From the NCBI GenBank assembly GCA_002269645.1, contig NIVC01003568.1:1-64000 (forward strand): DNA of 64,000 bases, given 5' to 3'. The notes beneath the pieces are model-generated. The model was not told the DNA's origin, ran no database searches, and was given only the letters and a program-made list of their open reading frames with translations. The position numbers and the translations under genes were made by a program. Every line of letters begins with the position of its first letter. Positions within the stretch are counted from its first letter, which is position 1. The DNA is from Macrostomum lignano. Its lineage: Eukaryota. Positions 31,829 through 43,952 of this stretch are shown in pieces.

Positions 31829-34816
31829 TTAGGCCTCGGAGGCGTTTCTCTCAGTCTGAGCTAACGATGTTGACGTGTTGATGGTTCCGGTCTGCAGTGG
31901 TGGCGGCTCTGCCTGCTCAATTGAGTCAAAAAAATCGCCCTCTTTAAGGTAGTCCTGCTGCACAATGTCTGCCACGTAGCAGCGAGCTTTCGGATCTCTG
32001 ATGAGCAGCTGGTTGAGCACCGGGTGCACATTGGCAATGTTGGGCATTCGGCAGGCCGGGCAGGTGGCGAATATCCAGTTGGACTGGTTGGAACCGCGGA
32101 ACTTCGCCCACAGGTGCTCCCGGTCGCTTAATAGCATCTCGCACATGAAGAACCCCAGCAGCCAGCTGTCGATTCTGCATTGAGCAGTGTGGGGAGGCAG
32201 GGTAGCTCAAGGGTAACAAGTTGGGCTCTCAGGCTCAAGCTCACGCCGATGGGGCTAGCGCTCAAACAGTGTGTACATGCCTGATGATGGAAGCTGCACA
32301 CACGGTGCACTATTTTGGATTCAATAAGTTTGGGCATAAATTTTTTGTCTACCAGCAGGTTGCGGTCAGAACTAACTGACTATTAGATGAGGGGTAAGTG
32401 AGCAGCATCTCAATTAGATTCTGCATCGGATGAGGGGGTAATTGAGCAGCATCTCAATTAGATTCTGCATCGGATGAGGGAGGCGGTGAGCAGCATCTCA
32501 ATTAGATTCTGCATCGGATGAGGGGGTAAGTGAGCAGCATCTCAATTAGATTCTGCATCGGATGAGGGAGGCGGTGAGCAGCATCTCAATTAGATTCTGC
32601 ATCGGATGAGGGAGGCGGTGAGCAGCATCTCAATTAGATTCTGCATCGGATGAGGGGGTAATTGAGCAGCATCTCAATTAGATTCTGCATCAGATGAGGG
32701 AGATGGTGAGCAGCATCTCAATTAGATTCTGCATCGGATGAGGGAGGTGGTGAGCAGCATCTCAATTAGATTCTGCATCGGATGAGGGAGGCGGTGAGCA
32801 GCATCTCAATTAGATTCTGCATTGGATCAGGAAGGTGGTGAGCAGCATCTCAATTAGATTCTGCATCGGATGAGGGAGGCGGTGAGCAGCATCTCAATTA
32901 GATTCTGCATTGGATCAGGAAGGTGGTGAGCAGCATCTCTTACAAATTCTGTTTCAGTTAGAAAGGAGTAAAAAGGCCCACTAAAACCGCATCTTAAAAT
33001 GACTCACTTATAATCGTTGACAAAGTTCCCCATCTGTCTGGTCTCGGGTGGATAGTACTGCATCTGAGTCACCCTCGCATTGGGCTTGTACTCTGCCATT
33101 GTGGCGGGCGCTTTCACGGCCAAGCCGAAGTCAATGAGGGCCGGAGTGCCATTATGCATAATTAGAACATTGTCGCACTTGATGTCGCGGTGACAAATTT
33201 GAATACTGTGCAGCTTCACCAAGGCCGATGTGATGCACGCGAAGTAATAGCGGATGCTGGACTCCGGCAGGGTGCCGAGTTCCTGCTTTAGAGTCTTCAG
33301 AGAGAGTGGAGAAGAACAATTATGATTTATGTGATAGTCAGCTGGTAATAATCATTTATTACACCTACACTCGGGCAGATGAGCAACCGACAGCTCAGCC
33401 GCAGCTATTGCGCGGCGCATCTGAAGGCTGCGTACGGCTGTTCAGTGCAAGGACTGGGGGGTCGCCACACACAGCCTCAATTGCCCCAGCTAATGCTGGC
33501 ACCCATTTTACAGCTGGGTGAGCTGAAGCAATGCATAGTGAAGTGTCTTGCTCAAGGACACAATTTTTTCCAAGTGGGATCAGGAATCGAACCCCCGACC
33601 TTCAGGTCGTGAGTCCGACGCTCTAACCACTAGGCTACAAACACTAGTGAACCGGTAGCAACTCAATAAGTTTAATTCACAATAACCTAAAACCTCTGAC
33701 TCTTAAAATGATGATAATATGTAGTAAAATTAATATATAATAATATAATAATAGGAGGGCTGCGGGCAGCCTGGCGCAATGCCTTCGGCGACATGGTCCC
33801 ACAACCAGCGCTGACGGCAGTTCTGCCCATTTCGCCAATACTGTACGCAGGCGCGCACCCATGCACCCAGGGTGCACAGCGGCCCTGACTTTCTAATCCT
33901 CAGGCATGTACACTCTGTGTGCCTCATGAGGATTTGGATCGTACAGCCCCTGACCAACGCGCACAAGTTCCAAATCAATGTTTGTTTTATTTCTTACCTT
34001 TAGCGAGGCAAACTTCGCTTTCGGCATGATGGTAATAAAAAATCGTCGAGTGAGGTAGTTGACGAGAATTGTGCCAACAAACTGACTGGCTGACTGGCCT
34101 TTCAAGTGTAAAATGGTTCGCTGCACGTGACGCTCCACTTTTTTCTCTTCTCGTCTGTGATAGCACACCTTCATTGCCAGGCTGGTGGAGTGACCTTGGC
34201 GGCGGACGAACATCACAACGCCTTGACCTGAATGGACGAGTTAGCAAGATTTATACTCTGTTGCGTTGCTACTTTTTACTTCCTTCTACATGTATACTTA
34301 TGATCCCATTTGACCCGCCTATTGTATAGTTTAATTTGATTTTAATGATAGCAGTTGCTTGTACAGCGCAGGTGTCAGGATATGGGTTAATCTGTTCTTC
34401 AAGGTTGCTCAAAAACAACCTCTCAACAGTTGTAAACAAAGAGTCTCACCCCCGATAAACAGCCTCCTATCCTTTCGCTGCAGCACAAACTCGGACAGAT
34501 CCCAGGGCCGCTCGCCAGTTTTGGAATACATCTTGTCCGTGACGATGCACTCGAAAAGATCTTCCACTGAGACCTCCCTGGCGATGCGTAGAAAGTCTGG
34601 ACAGTCGATCTTGTTCCAATCCAGAGTCTCGTGAAGGCAGTTATGCCTCGCTTGAGGCGTCGGCCAGAGTCGAATTCGAACCACCGGACAACCAAAACGA
34701 TCAGCGGCTGACTCGGCTGAGACTAGACTTGGAGAACTGCAGCTCTTTTCCTCGATGCTCAGCGACATGGGATTGCAGTCCTCAGAGGCGCGCAGGCCCT
34801 TCCGAGTCATTGACAT
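31829..34816 (-). CDS. Ser/Thr protein kinase, divergent AGC/PKG-like, catalytic motifs intact (~409 aa)
   Basis: Exons 34816-34450, 34227-33998, 33294-33008 and 32174-31829 are in phase (1230 nt). Motifs: Gly-loop IGGGQGVV, LAMK, RYYFACITSALVKLH, HRDIKCDN, DFG, YYPPE, IDSWLLG, DPKAR. Confidence 0.88.
32375..32940. repeat. 44-bp minisatellite in kinase intron 3
   Basis: Unit gatgagggaggcggtgagcagcatctcaattagattctgcatcg, about 13 copies. Confidence 0.95.
33350..33640 (-). mobile_element. SINE family A, copy 3 (kinase intron 2)
   Basis: Head ttgtagcctagtggttagagcgtcggactcacgacctgaaggtcgggggttcgattcc; CORE-like tccttgagcaagacact...gctgtaaaatggg. Confidence 0.85.
33745..33960 (-). mobile_element. 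SINE family B, 5'-degraded copy (kinase intron 2)
   Basis: Reverse complement contains gaggcacacagagtgtacatgcctgaggattagaaagtcagggccgctgtgcacc, matching the other B copies. Confidence 0.65.
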
Positions 34817-35150
34817 GGGACAGATTTTTTATATGATTAACTGCCTTTCGAACTACATTGGAATATAGCCAACTCAAATAGTGGCTTGCATAGCCACCAA
34901 AGCTGAAATTGTGGCACAAAGCCGAAAGGCACACACAAGGGCGAAACAATTTTATTCAGCTATTGGTGAAATGAACGAACTAAAAATTCTACTACTTACC
35001 TACGTTAGGCGAATGCCTGCATTGTCTATGGACAAATCCTTAAAGCTCGTTATGTCAACCAAGTATTGGCTGATCGTGTTGCTACCGTCTTAACTTTGAC
35101 TTTTTACTTTCACTCTGTCAATGAGACACCATAAATTATAAGCAAGAGAG

Positions 35151-37465
35151 ATGCAAACAACTTCATTATCATATCACCGTGAAAACACGCCTGGTGAAAA
35201 CACGACCGACTCGAAGAAAAATGTACAAAAAAAGAAGACAGGAGCAAAGAAAGGCAATAAAGCCAACGACTTGAAAGCAAACGCTGATGTCCCCAAAGAG
35301 GAAGAAGCGAACGCCGGTCAGAGTGCCCCCAAAGAAAGCCAAATAATTCTATTCGACGGTGATTTCGATCTCAGCCACTTGACTCGAGATTTCTGGCTCG
35401 ACCAAAGGCGCTGCGTGCAAAATGGAAGCAGGTAAGTTGGCATTCTGTTCCAACCAACTCAACACCTAAACATCTGATCCATTGAAATAGCACAGTGTAT
35501 ACTAGGGAAAAATTATTCTATCTTGTTAACGAGCCTACCATATTCATAATGCTTTAGTATTTTACTGAACGTCTGCCTTATCTTATTCCAAATCAAAGAC
35601 ACATCCGCTGCGACAGCCACTGCGTCCGGTACATGTGCACTAGTCGATCATTACGCGACTGGCAAGAAGAGGAGATCAAAACAATATTGGAGAACTTTAA
35701 ACGGATTATCAAAGCTCAGAGAGACTTGGCCTCGTTGACGCCGTTTGTGCAGAAAGTTTTAGCAGCTAAGGTATACCGCCACGATCTGCTGGTCATTACG
35801 CCGCTGCCCAGTAACATGTACTTAAGCGATCTCAAGAAGTTAATGGTGCATCTCACGCACAGCACAGTTCGCTACTACGCTGCCTGCATCCTGCTGGCCT
35901 TGGAATTTTTGCACCACAGGAGAATATATCACGGAAATCTGTCGCTAACAAGCATAGCGTTGGATCACTACGGCAGGCCGCAGGTTACTGATCTAGACAC
36001 GTTGCTGTTCGAAACCATTGGCGAAATGTCGTACCAGCTTGATGTATTGCGGTACGCAGCTTTATTAGGCGTTTTACACTGCGACAATTTGCGACACTTT
36101 AGTGTCTCCCATATGCGCTCTACATCCCTGGATGATAGACGCAGAGACGTCTTCAGTGGAGTTTGTCCTAAGTGCCGACTAACAGCTGAGTGCATGGAAC
36201 CGAAGCTATGCAATTGCAACGACTTCGGTTCGCTAGTTCGTCACATCAAAGGCAAAGTTATTAATAAGGATTCGATGCGCCGCATCCTGGATACTCTTCA
36301 GTGCACATGGATTGAAGCTGATCTTCGCTACTCATGGAGTCGTATTCCAAAGGTAGAGGAAGCTTTAAAAGTTGCTATTAATTATGCGAGCGTAAATTTC
36401 TGCACGCTCTTTTAGTAGTCCATGAACTGTTTTTTGAGATGATAACAGATCAGTCATTTTCCTCCGCAGAAACAGAGTGCGCTGGGTTCTTCGACAGGCC
36501 CAAGTCAGTTACAGTATTCAGACGATGCCTACGATGACATTGACGAGGATTTCGACGAAGATATCGATTGGCCAATGCGACAATCGCATATATCTCTGTG
36601 CACCTCCAGCACCCCACAAAACACGGAAACGACGGGAACTAAGAGCGACTCCAGCAACCCCAGCATCGTGATCGATTTGACCAGCAAGAAAAAGCACCAA
36701 AATATGCAGCGCCAAAAAGAGTTGCAAAGCCAAGGGTCTCAACTACTCTCCGAGCCGTCCCAGTCGGTGAAACTTTCCAACTTAAATTGCATGGGAGTGT
36801 CGTACAAATCAGTTCTGGGAAAGTCTTCATCCGATGCTGCGTTGGAGCCGTCTCAGAATAAAAATGCTGAACCAAAACTGGTGTCACGTTCAGCATCAGT
36901 GCCAGAACTCCCTAAAGTACATCGTTCGAAGCGTCAGACTTCTATTGAATCGCTGAATGCAACGCCGAAAGTTTTCCCTTCCACGAAGAATTCATCATTC
37001 GATCAAAAATCGAAGCCTTTGCCACCTGAGTCATCACCAACGATGTCCGCGCAACAACAATGGGTCGACTTGAGCGATGAGGAATCCCGGGTAGAGACGA
37101 ATACCAGCACCGACAAGAAGCCGCAAAGCAGCAGTAGCAGCACTCTATGGCAAGGCCTTTTTACAGCAGCCAGCAACAGCTCTGTGTCTGTATCTGAGCA
37201 TACGGGGTGCGTATTCGATGCTGGCCACAATCAATCGGCTAGCAATTTATCCTCTGCAAAGGAGCAAAACCAAAAAAAGCCACCGACAGCACCGCCAGCG
37301 AACCCAACGCAGTTGCCTGCATCCAGTATGGACCAAGGCAAGCCAGCGACTATCAATGCCAAGTCGGATCACCACCAGTTCAAGTTTTCCGATTATCAGC
37401 AGATGATGCGACATGTTTATTTTGCTGTAGGATTTTTTTCGCTCATAAAACTTTGGAATAAATAG
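35151..37465 (+). CDS. Pseudokinase (AGC/PKG-like fold remnant) with long acidic, Ser/Gln-rich C-terminal tail (~676 aa)
   Basis: Exons 35151-35431, 35599-36352 and 36470-37465 are in phase (2031 nt). STVRYYAACILLALEFLHHRRIYHGNLSLTSIALDHYGRPQVTDLD aligns to kinase subdomains VIa-VII with HRD>HGN and DFG>DLD; no Gly-loop or VAIK is recognisable. The 3' end is uncertain. Confidence 0.75.
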
Positions 37466-38961
37466 CGGGTTTAAAATGGTTTCTTGTATGGGATCAGGAA
37501 ATTTAATTAAAAGGGATGAGGTGAGAGCGAATTCAAGTTTTGCAAATCTATGGAAGTTGAGAGAGGCACCAAATCAGCAACTGGGGGGGGGGGCAGAATC
37601 AGTCGTAGCTCAGCAATTAACACGGCTAAATTTCGTGCTAAAGTACACCCAGGTAAGGTAAGATACCCATGTGCACAAAAATTGGACTGGGGCTCGCGAA
37701 ACTTTCGCCAACGAGGGCCAATCCCAAGGCACAGAAAGAGCACATTTCAGTTGACGAGAAATTCGACCGCTTTACACCCTGTGCGAGCGTGTGTCTGTGT
37801 ACGTATTCTGCGTGCTCGGAGGTCAAATCAGCCAACCTTGATTTGTGGCACTGTCCTAAGCACTATCCCTGTCCCTACCACCGTCTAGGGCATCAACTGG
37901 ATCACTCTGGAAGCGGCCCAGCCTCCGGAAGGATTCTGGTTCGCGACTGGCCTCATCATGCAGGACTATGCACAGGATGCGGCTCCGCTACGGACTGGCG
38001 ACAACGCTGGTGGGGAAACCGACCAATTGGCTGGGTCGTACTTTACTAGCAGGTCGCGCCTTCTGTACAACATGTTCGGCTGATCGCGTCTTAATGTCTG
38101 ATGAATCATTGCTGGCTCATCGGTTTGGTATGGTCAGCGCTGTGTAGCTGCTCTATCGTTTATTTATGCAAGAAACTACCGATATTACCAAACCGTACTA
38201 TGTGAGTACTAAAAGTACAACTCTAGAATAATCATAGTAATTCATAAGCCCGAAACTTTTGTTAAAAGATACGAGTACTTGTACTATTTTAAAAAGTTTA
38301 AGATCAACCTAGGCTGCTTTCTAATAATTTTCAGGAGTTTGCATTATTATTTGCATTATTAGCTCGTATTTAAGGATTATTTTGTATGTCTGTTGGTTTG
38401 TAAAACGACACCCATTGCTGAAAAACTCTGCTTTGTACTAACCCGAACTTTTTTCTTAACGAATTCGACAGAATACAACGTGATAGGAATAAATATATTC
38501 AACTGATAATTTTTCACCTGCTTCTAGAGTAGCTCGTAATAGTCAAAATGGTTTCAATTCCAATTTCTCCTCGCGCGTAAGATACTTAATTGCACAGACC
38601 TGCTCATTTTTAACAGGATTCATATAATAAGTCCATGTGATCTAAAGCACTTCCTAAGAAACAGGTTGAAAATTTATCGTATGCTCTTCGTATCAAACAC
38701 GTGCCAATAAAAAATGATGCTGATTTTACGATTTATTTGTGGTCTTCATAAAATATGCTGACAGGTGTACAAACAAATTTATTTATTATACAATCGAGAA
38801 TCGGGTTTGATGTTTTTCAAAACATTCTATCACTCACTACTACAAGTAGGATCAGTGGGATCGTTGCTACTGCTAACAAGTTATGAGAGCAATATTTTAT
38901 AAGCGCGTGTTGCGTTTTACTGGGCAAAATGAAGGAAAATTTTGAGAAATTGAAAAATCAG

Positions 38962-39864
38962 TCAATCCAGCAACTTGCACAGCAGGTACTCGGTGAACTG
39001 TTGGCTGTCCGGGGCGCAGCCTCCAGACGATGCAGCCACTGTAAAACCGTGCGACAGGAACAGTCGCAGCACCTGAACAGAGTTGAGGTGACAGAAACCG
39101 TTCAGCGGAAATCGAATTACGTAATCCGAGTCAAGCTGATTCCAACTTGCGTTGCGCGGCTCCATCAGGGAGTCTGTAACATCCGGGAACAGCTCGGCTA
39201 GCAGGTGCTTCCGACCGGTGATCAGAATTCTCTCCTGTAGTTCCGGTCGCACGGTCAGCGTGACACACTCGCAGTCCCGCTGCTGCCGTTGCCAGTTCAG
39301 CTGCGACTGCTGCTGCGGCCTTGCACTTCGTCGCAATTGTTCCAACTGTCGTAGCATCCCAGACAGCTCGTAGAACTTCACTTCTTCAATGAGCTGATCA
39401 AGCTCCTGGAAGTCATGTGGCGTAGTCACCCGTCCTGAGCGCAGGTAATTAAGCACATGGCGAAACAACTCCCCGTCCCGGTCGATAAAATAGTGCTGCT
39501 TTAGCGTGTCCAGTACTATCGGTACCGATCCGTTGAACATTTTCCCCAGCCGCGATTCAGGATAGCGGGTCAGCGTCTCCAGCGAGGAGGTGTACGCCAC
39601 GCCGCCGACGTCGATGTGAACGGGCGCGGTATAGCGAGTTGGAGTGGCCGGACAAGGCACGCCGCTAATTTTGGACAGAAACAGCGAACTAATATGAGCC
39701 GAAGAGACGGTTACTGATGATGATGAGCACGGTAGCCCTGCTGCTAGACCTGAGGCCAGTCCGTTGCTTGGTGGGCTGCCGGATCGCATAGCCGCAGCAG
39801 CGGCGGCTGCCGCAGCCGTTAGCAAAAATTCAGCTGGCTCCTTCTTCACCGGGCCGTTATCCAT
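38962..39864 (-). CDS. KCTD15: BTB/POZ protein KCTD1/KCTD15 (Tiwaz-like), single coding exon, 300 aa
   Basis: SGVPCPATPTRYTAPVHIDVGG..YTSSLETLTRYPESRLGKMFNGSVPIVLDTLKQHYFIDRDG and C-terminal YVIRFPLNGFCHLNSVQVL...QQFTEYLL are hallmark KCTD1/15 sequences. Confidence 0.92.
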   Translation of the reverse strand: MDNGPVKKEPAEFLLTAAAAAAAAAMRSGSPPSNGLASGLAAGLPCSSSSVTVSSAHISSLFLSKISGVPCPATPTRYTAPVHIDVGGVAYTSSLETLTRYPESRLGKMFNGSVPIVLDTLKQHYFIDRDGELFRHVLNYLRSGRVTTPHDFQELDQLIEEVKFYELSGMLRQLEQLRRSARPQQQSQLNWQRQQRDCECVTLTVRPELQERILITGRKHLLAELFPDVTDSLMEPRNASWNQLDSDYVIRFPLNGFCHLNSVQVLRLFLSHGFTVAASSGGCAPDSQQFTEYLLCKLLD

Positions 39865-41411
39865 CGATGTTGTTTTGAAGAAGCAAATTTTCCAACAACA
39901 CCGGACGAAGACGCAGACAGGACGATAGAGATAACTCTAGTCGAGCTTGGAAAATGTCAAAGAGTGCCGGAAGAGACCAGAGGGGAGCCTTGGATGGTGC
40001 CCTCGGGATGTCGAGAGATGGAGGGATTTTATAGAAACGGACGGCACTGCAGGGAGGGGCCTCGCAGCCTGCAGCCTTAGAACTGAAGCGAGGCCTCCGG
40101 CTACAACTCTTGAATTGACGCGTCCCACCTCCTCTCCTCCGCTGCCTCCTCCCCAACCACCTCATTCCCATTCCCCTCGCTTCTCCGAATCGCCTCAAGG
40201 TTCCCGTGCGCTTTCACTTAGCCGGAGCTGGGGGGAAGGGGTGCAAAGAGGAATGGGAGGCCTAAGCAACCTCCCAAACCCGGGCCATGGGGTGCCCCCG
40301 GGGCCCTACCCAGAGCGGCTCTCCCAATCCAGCCAGTGTTCTATATATAGGAGGAGGGGGAGACGATGGGTGAGCCCGGGATTGCCCGAGGGGCCACATT
40401 ATCATGATAAAATTAAGGCGCCCCCGGGCCAGGATCCTCCATCTCGCGCACTCGCCTCTACATCCATCTCTCCGATTTCTCCCATGTATGCAGCGCCTTG
40501 CATTGTGCGCGCTCGGTGCAGAGGCCGAGATGATTAAAGCGCCCAGCCACCACACAATCCAACTCGCCCCTTTTCATATTCCCCCTCTGTGCTTGTGCGG
40601 CAAGACGGCCTGAGGCGGCCAACATAAAAAAGAGTGGAGCAGAGAGAGAGAGAGGAGGCGAAGGCAGCCTGAGGGCTCCATCGGGAAGGCGGCGAGCTAG
40701 GAAGAGGAGATCCATGCAGGCGCAGAGATAGGGGAAAAAAGAGAACGGTCATACGAAGTAGCCTCAGGACCGAAGCGAGTTCCTCTGACTCGGCTGGAAC
40801 TGCAATTGGGGAAGTTCCCTCAGCTACCATCAGCTTTGGATTGGGCCCTCCTGTACGATAGAAATCTAAATGAAGCTGTAAATGCAACTGTGTGTCATGT
40901 AAAATCGCTCATAAATTATTGTCGATGCTTGCTATTCAATAATCGTCGTCACCAACCCTATGCAGAAAAGTGAAGTGTTCAGCAACTGAGATATTACACA
41001 AATATTGCAGAGTGCTCCTACATGTAAAGCAATCCGACGACGTCTATAGACGTCTATGACAAATATGTTGTTTTACATTACACCCACGTTCAGCCGACAT
41101 ATGGGTGGGCCATAGACAAATGTTATGCTCTCGAGTCTCAGCTACCACATACCCCTTCTTGGGAAAGAAACTGCCATCAACTGTCAACAGGCGATAACAT
41201 TGCGATGTTTTTGCAAGCGCCTGTCTCTATAAACAAATGAGTTACAATATGAATATTTTCCTATAGCTGATTTCGGTCAGGTATTCGTTCGACCATTCAA
41301 ATAGCTAGTTTTTTTTCATTTGCAATGCACAAGCTTAATGCAATTTTACATACGCTCTCGTACAGTGGCTCGCTATTCGTACAATAGTACAATTCGTACA
41401 ATGCATGTATC

Positions 41412-41630
41412 TGACGGCTGTAGCCTAGTGCTCTGATGTGCCAGCGGCCCAGGCTCGATTCCCAGTGCAGTCGCATTAATTTGGGGCTAAATTTTAATCT
41501 CGGCTTGGGTCTGCTCGAGCAATATTGACGCCCTTGAGGGCAAACACCCGAGAGGCACAGCTTGAAGTGTACATGCCTACATAAACTTAAGGCCGTTGCA
41601 CACCCCTGTGTAAGTGTGTACCTGTAAGAT
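41412..41630 (+). mobile_element. SINE family B copy
   Basis: gacggctgtagcctagtg...ggcccaggctcgattcccagtgcagtcgcattaatttggggct; colinear with the reverse complement of 55.3-55.6 kb. Confidence 0.75.
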
Positions 41631-43952
41631 TGTCTTCGTATTATAGAGACCGACGAGCAATGGATTTTAGTCGAATCGAGTACTTGACCGAGTTTCAGTG
41701 CTTCGAGGGTCGAATTTTTGTTGAGTAGTCGAGTGTTAACTAAAAAATTCTAAATTTCAGTTTACAAAAAGGTCTTCACTGCCGCTAATAGTGGCTCCAA
41801 GCCACGAATTTTGGGCTGCCAAGTCCGCCACCGCCACACCAGCAACCGCCGATTCCAGCACCTCACCTGTTCAGCGTTTTTGGCTGGGTGCCACCGCCTG
41901 CTCGCCTGCACACAGGCCAGGCCATGTCTTCACGCAGTCCTCCGCAACCTCTTTGACGGTCTCCTTGGTAGCCAAACTGGGCCTACGTCTAGGTCGCGAG
42001 AGCGGCCCTGGCAACTGACAGCAAATCTGATCTCGCCACGCAACAGTGCTTCTGGCGTCGCCGTGTCTTCATCAATACCACGTCTTCGGCGAGCCCACAC
42101 CCCTGGCCTGGCCGCCTCTGCTTTTGCTGCACCATCGGCTGAATTCCCGGTCGTGAGATCGATCGACGATGTTGCTCAAAGTGCGCCTGAGTGCACAAAA
42201 CCTTTAAAAAAAGAAAAGCTAGCTCCTTGGCAAAATGGTTCGGTTAAATAATTGCCCATGTAAAGTCTAATACATGTACATGTACATGCGCGATACATCG
42301 ATGTACTTTACAAAGAAATTACACAAACACTGAAAAGTCTAGACTAGAAGCTTTAATTAATTTTTGTCAGTGACTTATTCCACAAAACCTTTGTGCCACA
42401 CACCACTTTTTTGAAACTTTCCTACTCCAGTGTCTGTAGATCGATGTGTGACATAGTCGTTTAAGTCGAGTACTTTTGTACAAGGACCACTAGGAACACA
42501 ATTCGTTATAGTTTACATGTAGTAGTCCTTGCTTTTGTTATAGGGCTTATAGATGATGTCTCCAAAGCTCAGAGAATTACTGCATGAACTTTATCAGTTT
42601 TTCATTCAACCATAAAGCGCCAATAATACACTCAAGTTTATTATTGTGGCCTAAAAACCACGCAGCATGCGGCAAAGGACGAAGTCTTGATCTTAAGTCA
42701 GTGAAACCTGTATGGCAATTTGTCTACTTAACGTCGCCTTTAAGGCCTACTTAAGTTGCCTTGGCTGTTGCGCGATCTCTGCAATTAGAAATTTAACTAT
42801 GACGGTTAAAATCACTTTCAAATACAATATTCAAATGACTTGCGAAAGATTTAATTTACTGCTCTAAAGATTCCGTACAATATATTTTCAAAATCTGTTC
42901 CGTACTAACAAAATATTTTTTAAATAATAATAAAGCCAGACAAAGCCTAAAACTAAAAGATAAAATATATTTGTGCTTTAAAGCAGCTAGATCAATTTAT
43001 TGAATAAAAACAGTAGAACCGCGTCATACTTAATGCCGTTCCTAGAAAAGGTCGCTTCATTGATGAATTTGAACCGCATACGCAACTACGCCTATTAATT
43101 AACTCGTACTTAATTAACTTCGTTTTTTGTCCAGTTACAGTTGTATCACGGATTTAAATAGGTTTGTTTAGCATATACAGAAAGCATGATATTTTTAGAT
43201 TTGCTGAGAAGGATACGAAATTGTTTTATTCCAACTTATTCGTTGTTTTCAACTGGTATGGTAGAATGTAATACCAAAATATTTAACATGTACACCAAAA
43301 GCCCAAAATCATCAACATGTACGCCAAATTTCTTGAATATACCCCAGAAATTTATGATATGCATGCTTTCTTTCTAACTATGGTTTAAGAATACTTTTTT
43401 TCAATGCAAAAAGAGTTATTAACTAATTAAGTTCCTAGGGTTGGCACTCAAAAATATTTTTGATACTATATTTATATTGTAGTTGGGATGGGGGCTTAAG
43501 TTAAAATGAATGAAGCTAGATAGAAACCTACCTAATATTAGCTGCATAAAGAAGACTAGATTGCAGACAATTTAGGAGGCTTGTTTTGAAGGAGAAGTGT
43601 AAGAGAAAATAGATTAAACAAAAAGGGAAGAGGGGAATATAGAAAGAGAAAAAATAGGCAAAAAGCAGTCAAGTTGATAGACATAAGGTGCCATATACTG
43701 ATATAGAGGGTAGAAATGTAGGATGAATATATAGAATATTCAAAATTGAATTAATTAAACCAAGTATTTGGTTTGAAATAGAACCAGAAAGTTAACAATC
43801 AATCCAAATAATGAAATATCCAATAGTCACTTTAATATGTGGCAAAGATTTAAAGCAAGTCAGGAGTTAAATATTGGTATTGTATTGTGACTTATAAATG
43901 AAGGGAAAGCATTAGGCCTAGGGATAAATAAAAATTATAAGACTAAAGACTA

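Noticed and set aside
32375-32940. 44-bp repeats with a short variable segment, superficially CRISPR-like
   Set aside because: The variable part is only a few bases and recurs; there are no unique spacers or cas genes, and the context is a eukaryotic intron.
41039-41054. Perfect 16-bp palindrome gacgtctatagacgtc, plus other short palindromes near 10987 and 63600
   Set aside because: Isolated, with no associated element ends or repeats; function cannot be supported.
41790-42250. GC-rich segment with ORFs of 69-146 codons
   Set aside because: No recognisable domain or consistent splice structure; could be a UTR exon or decayed element.
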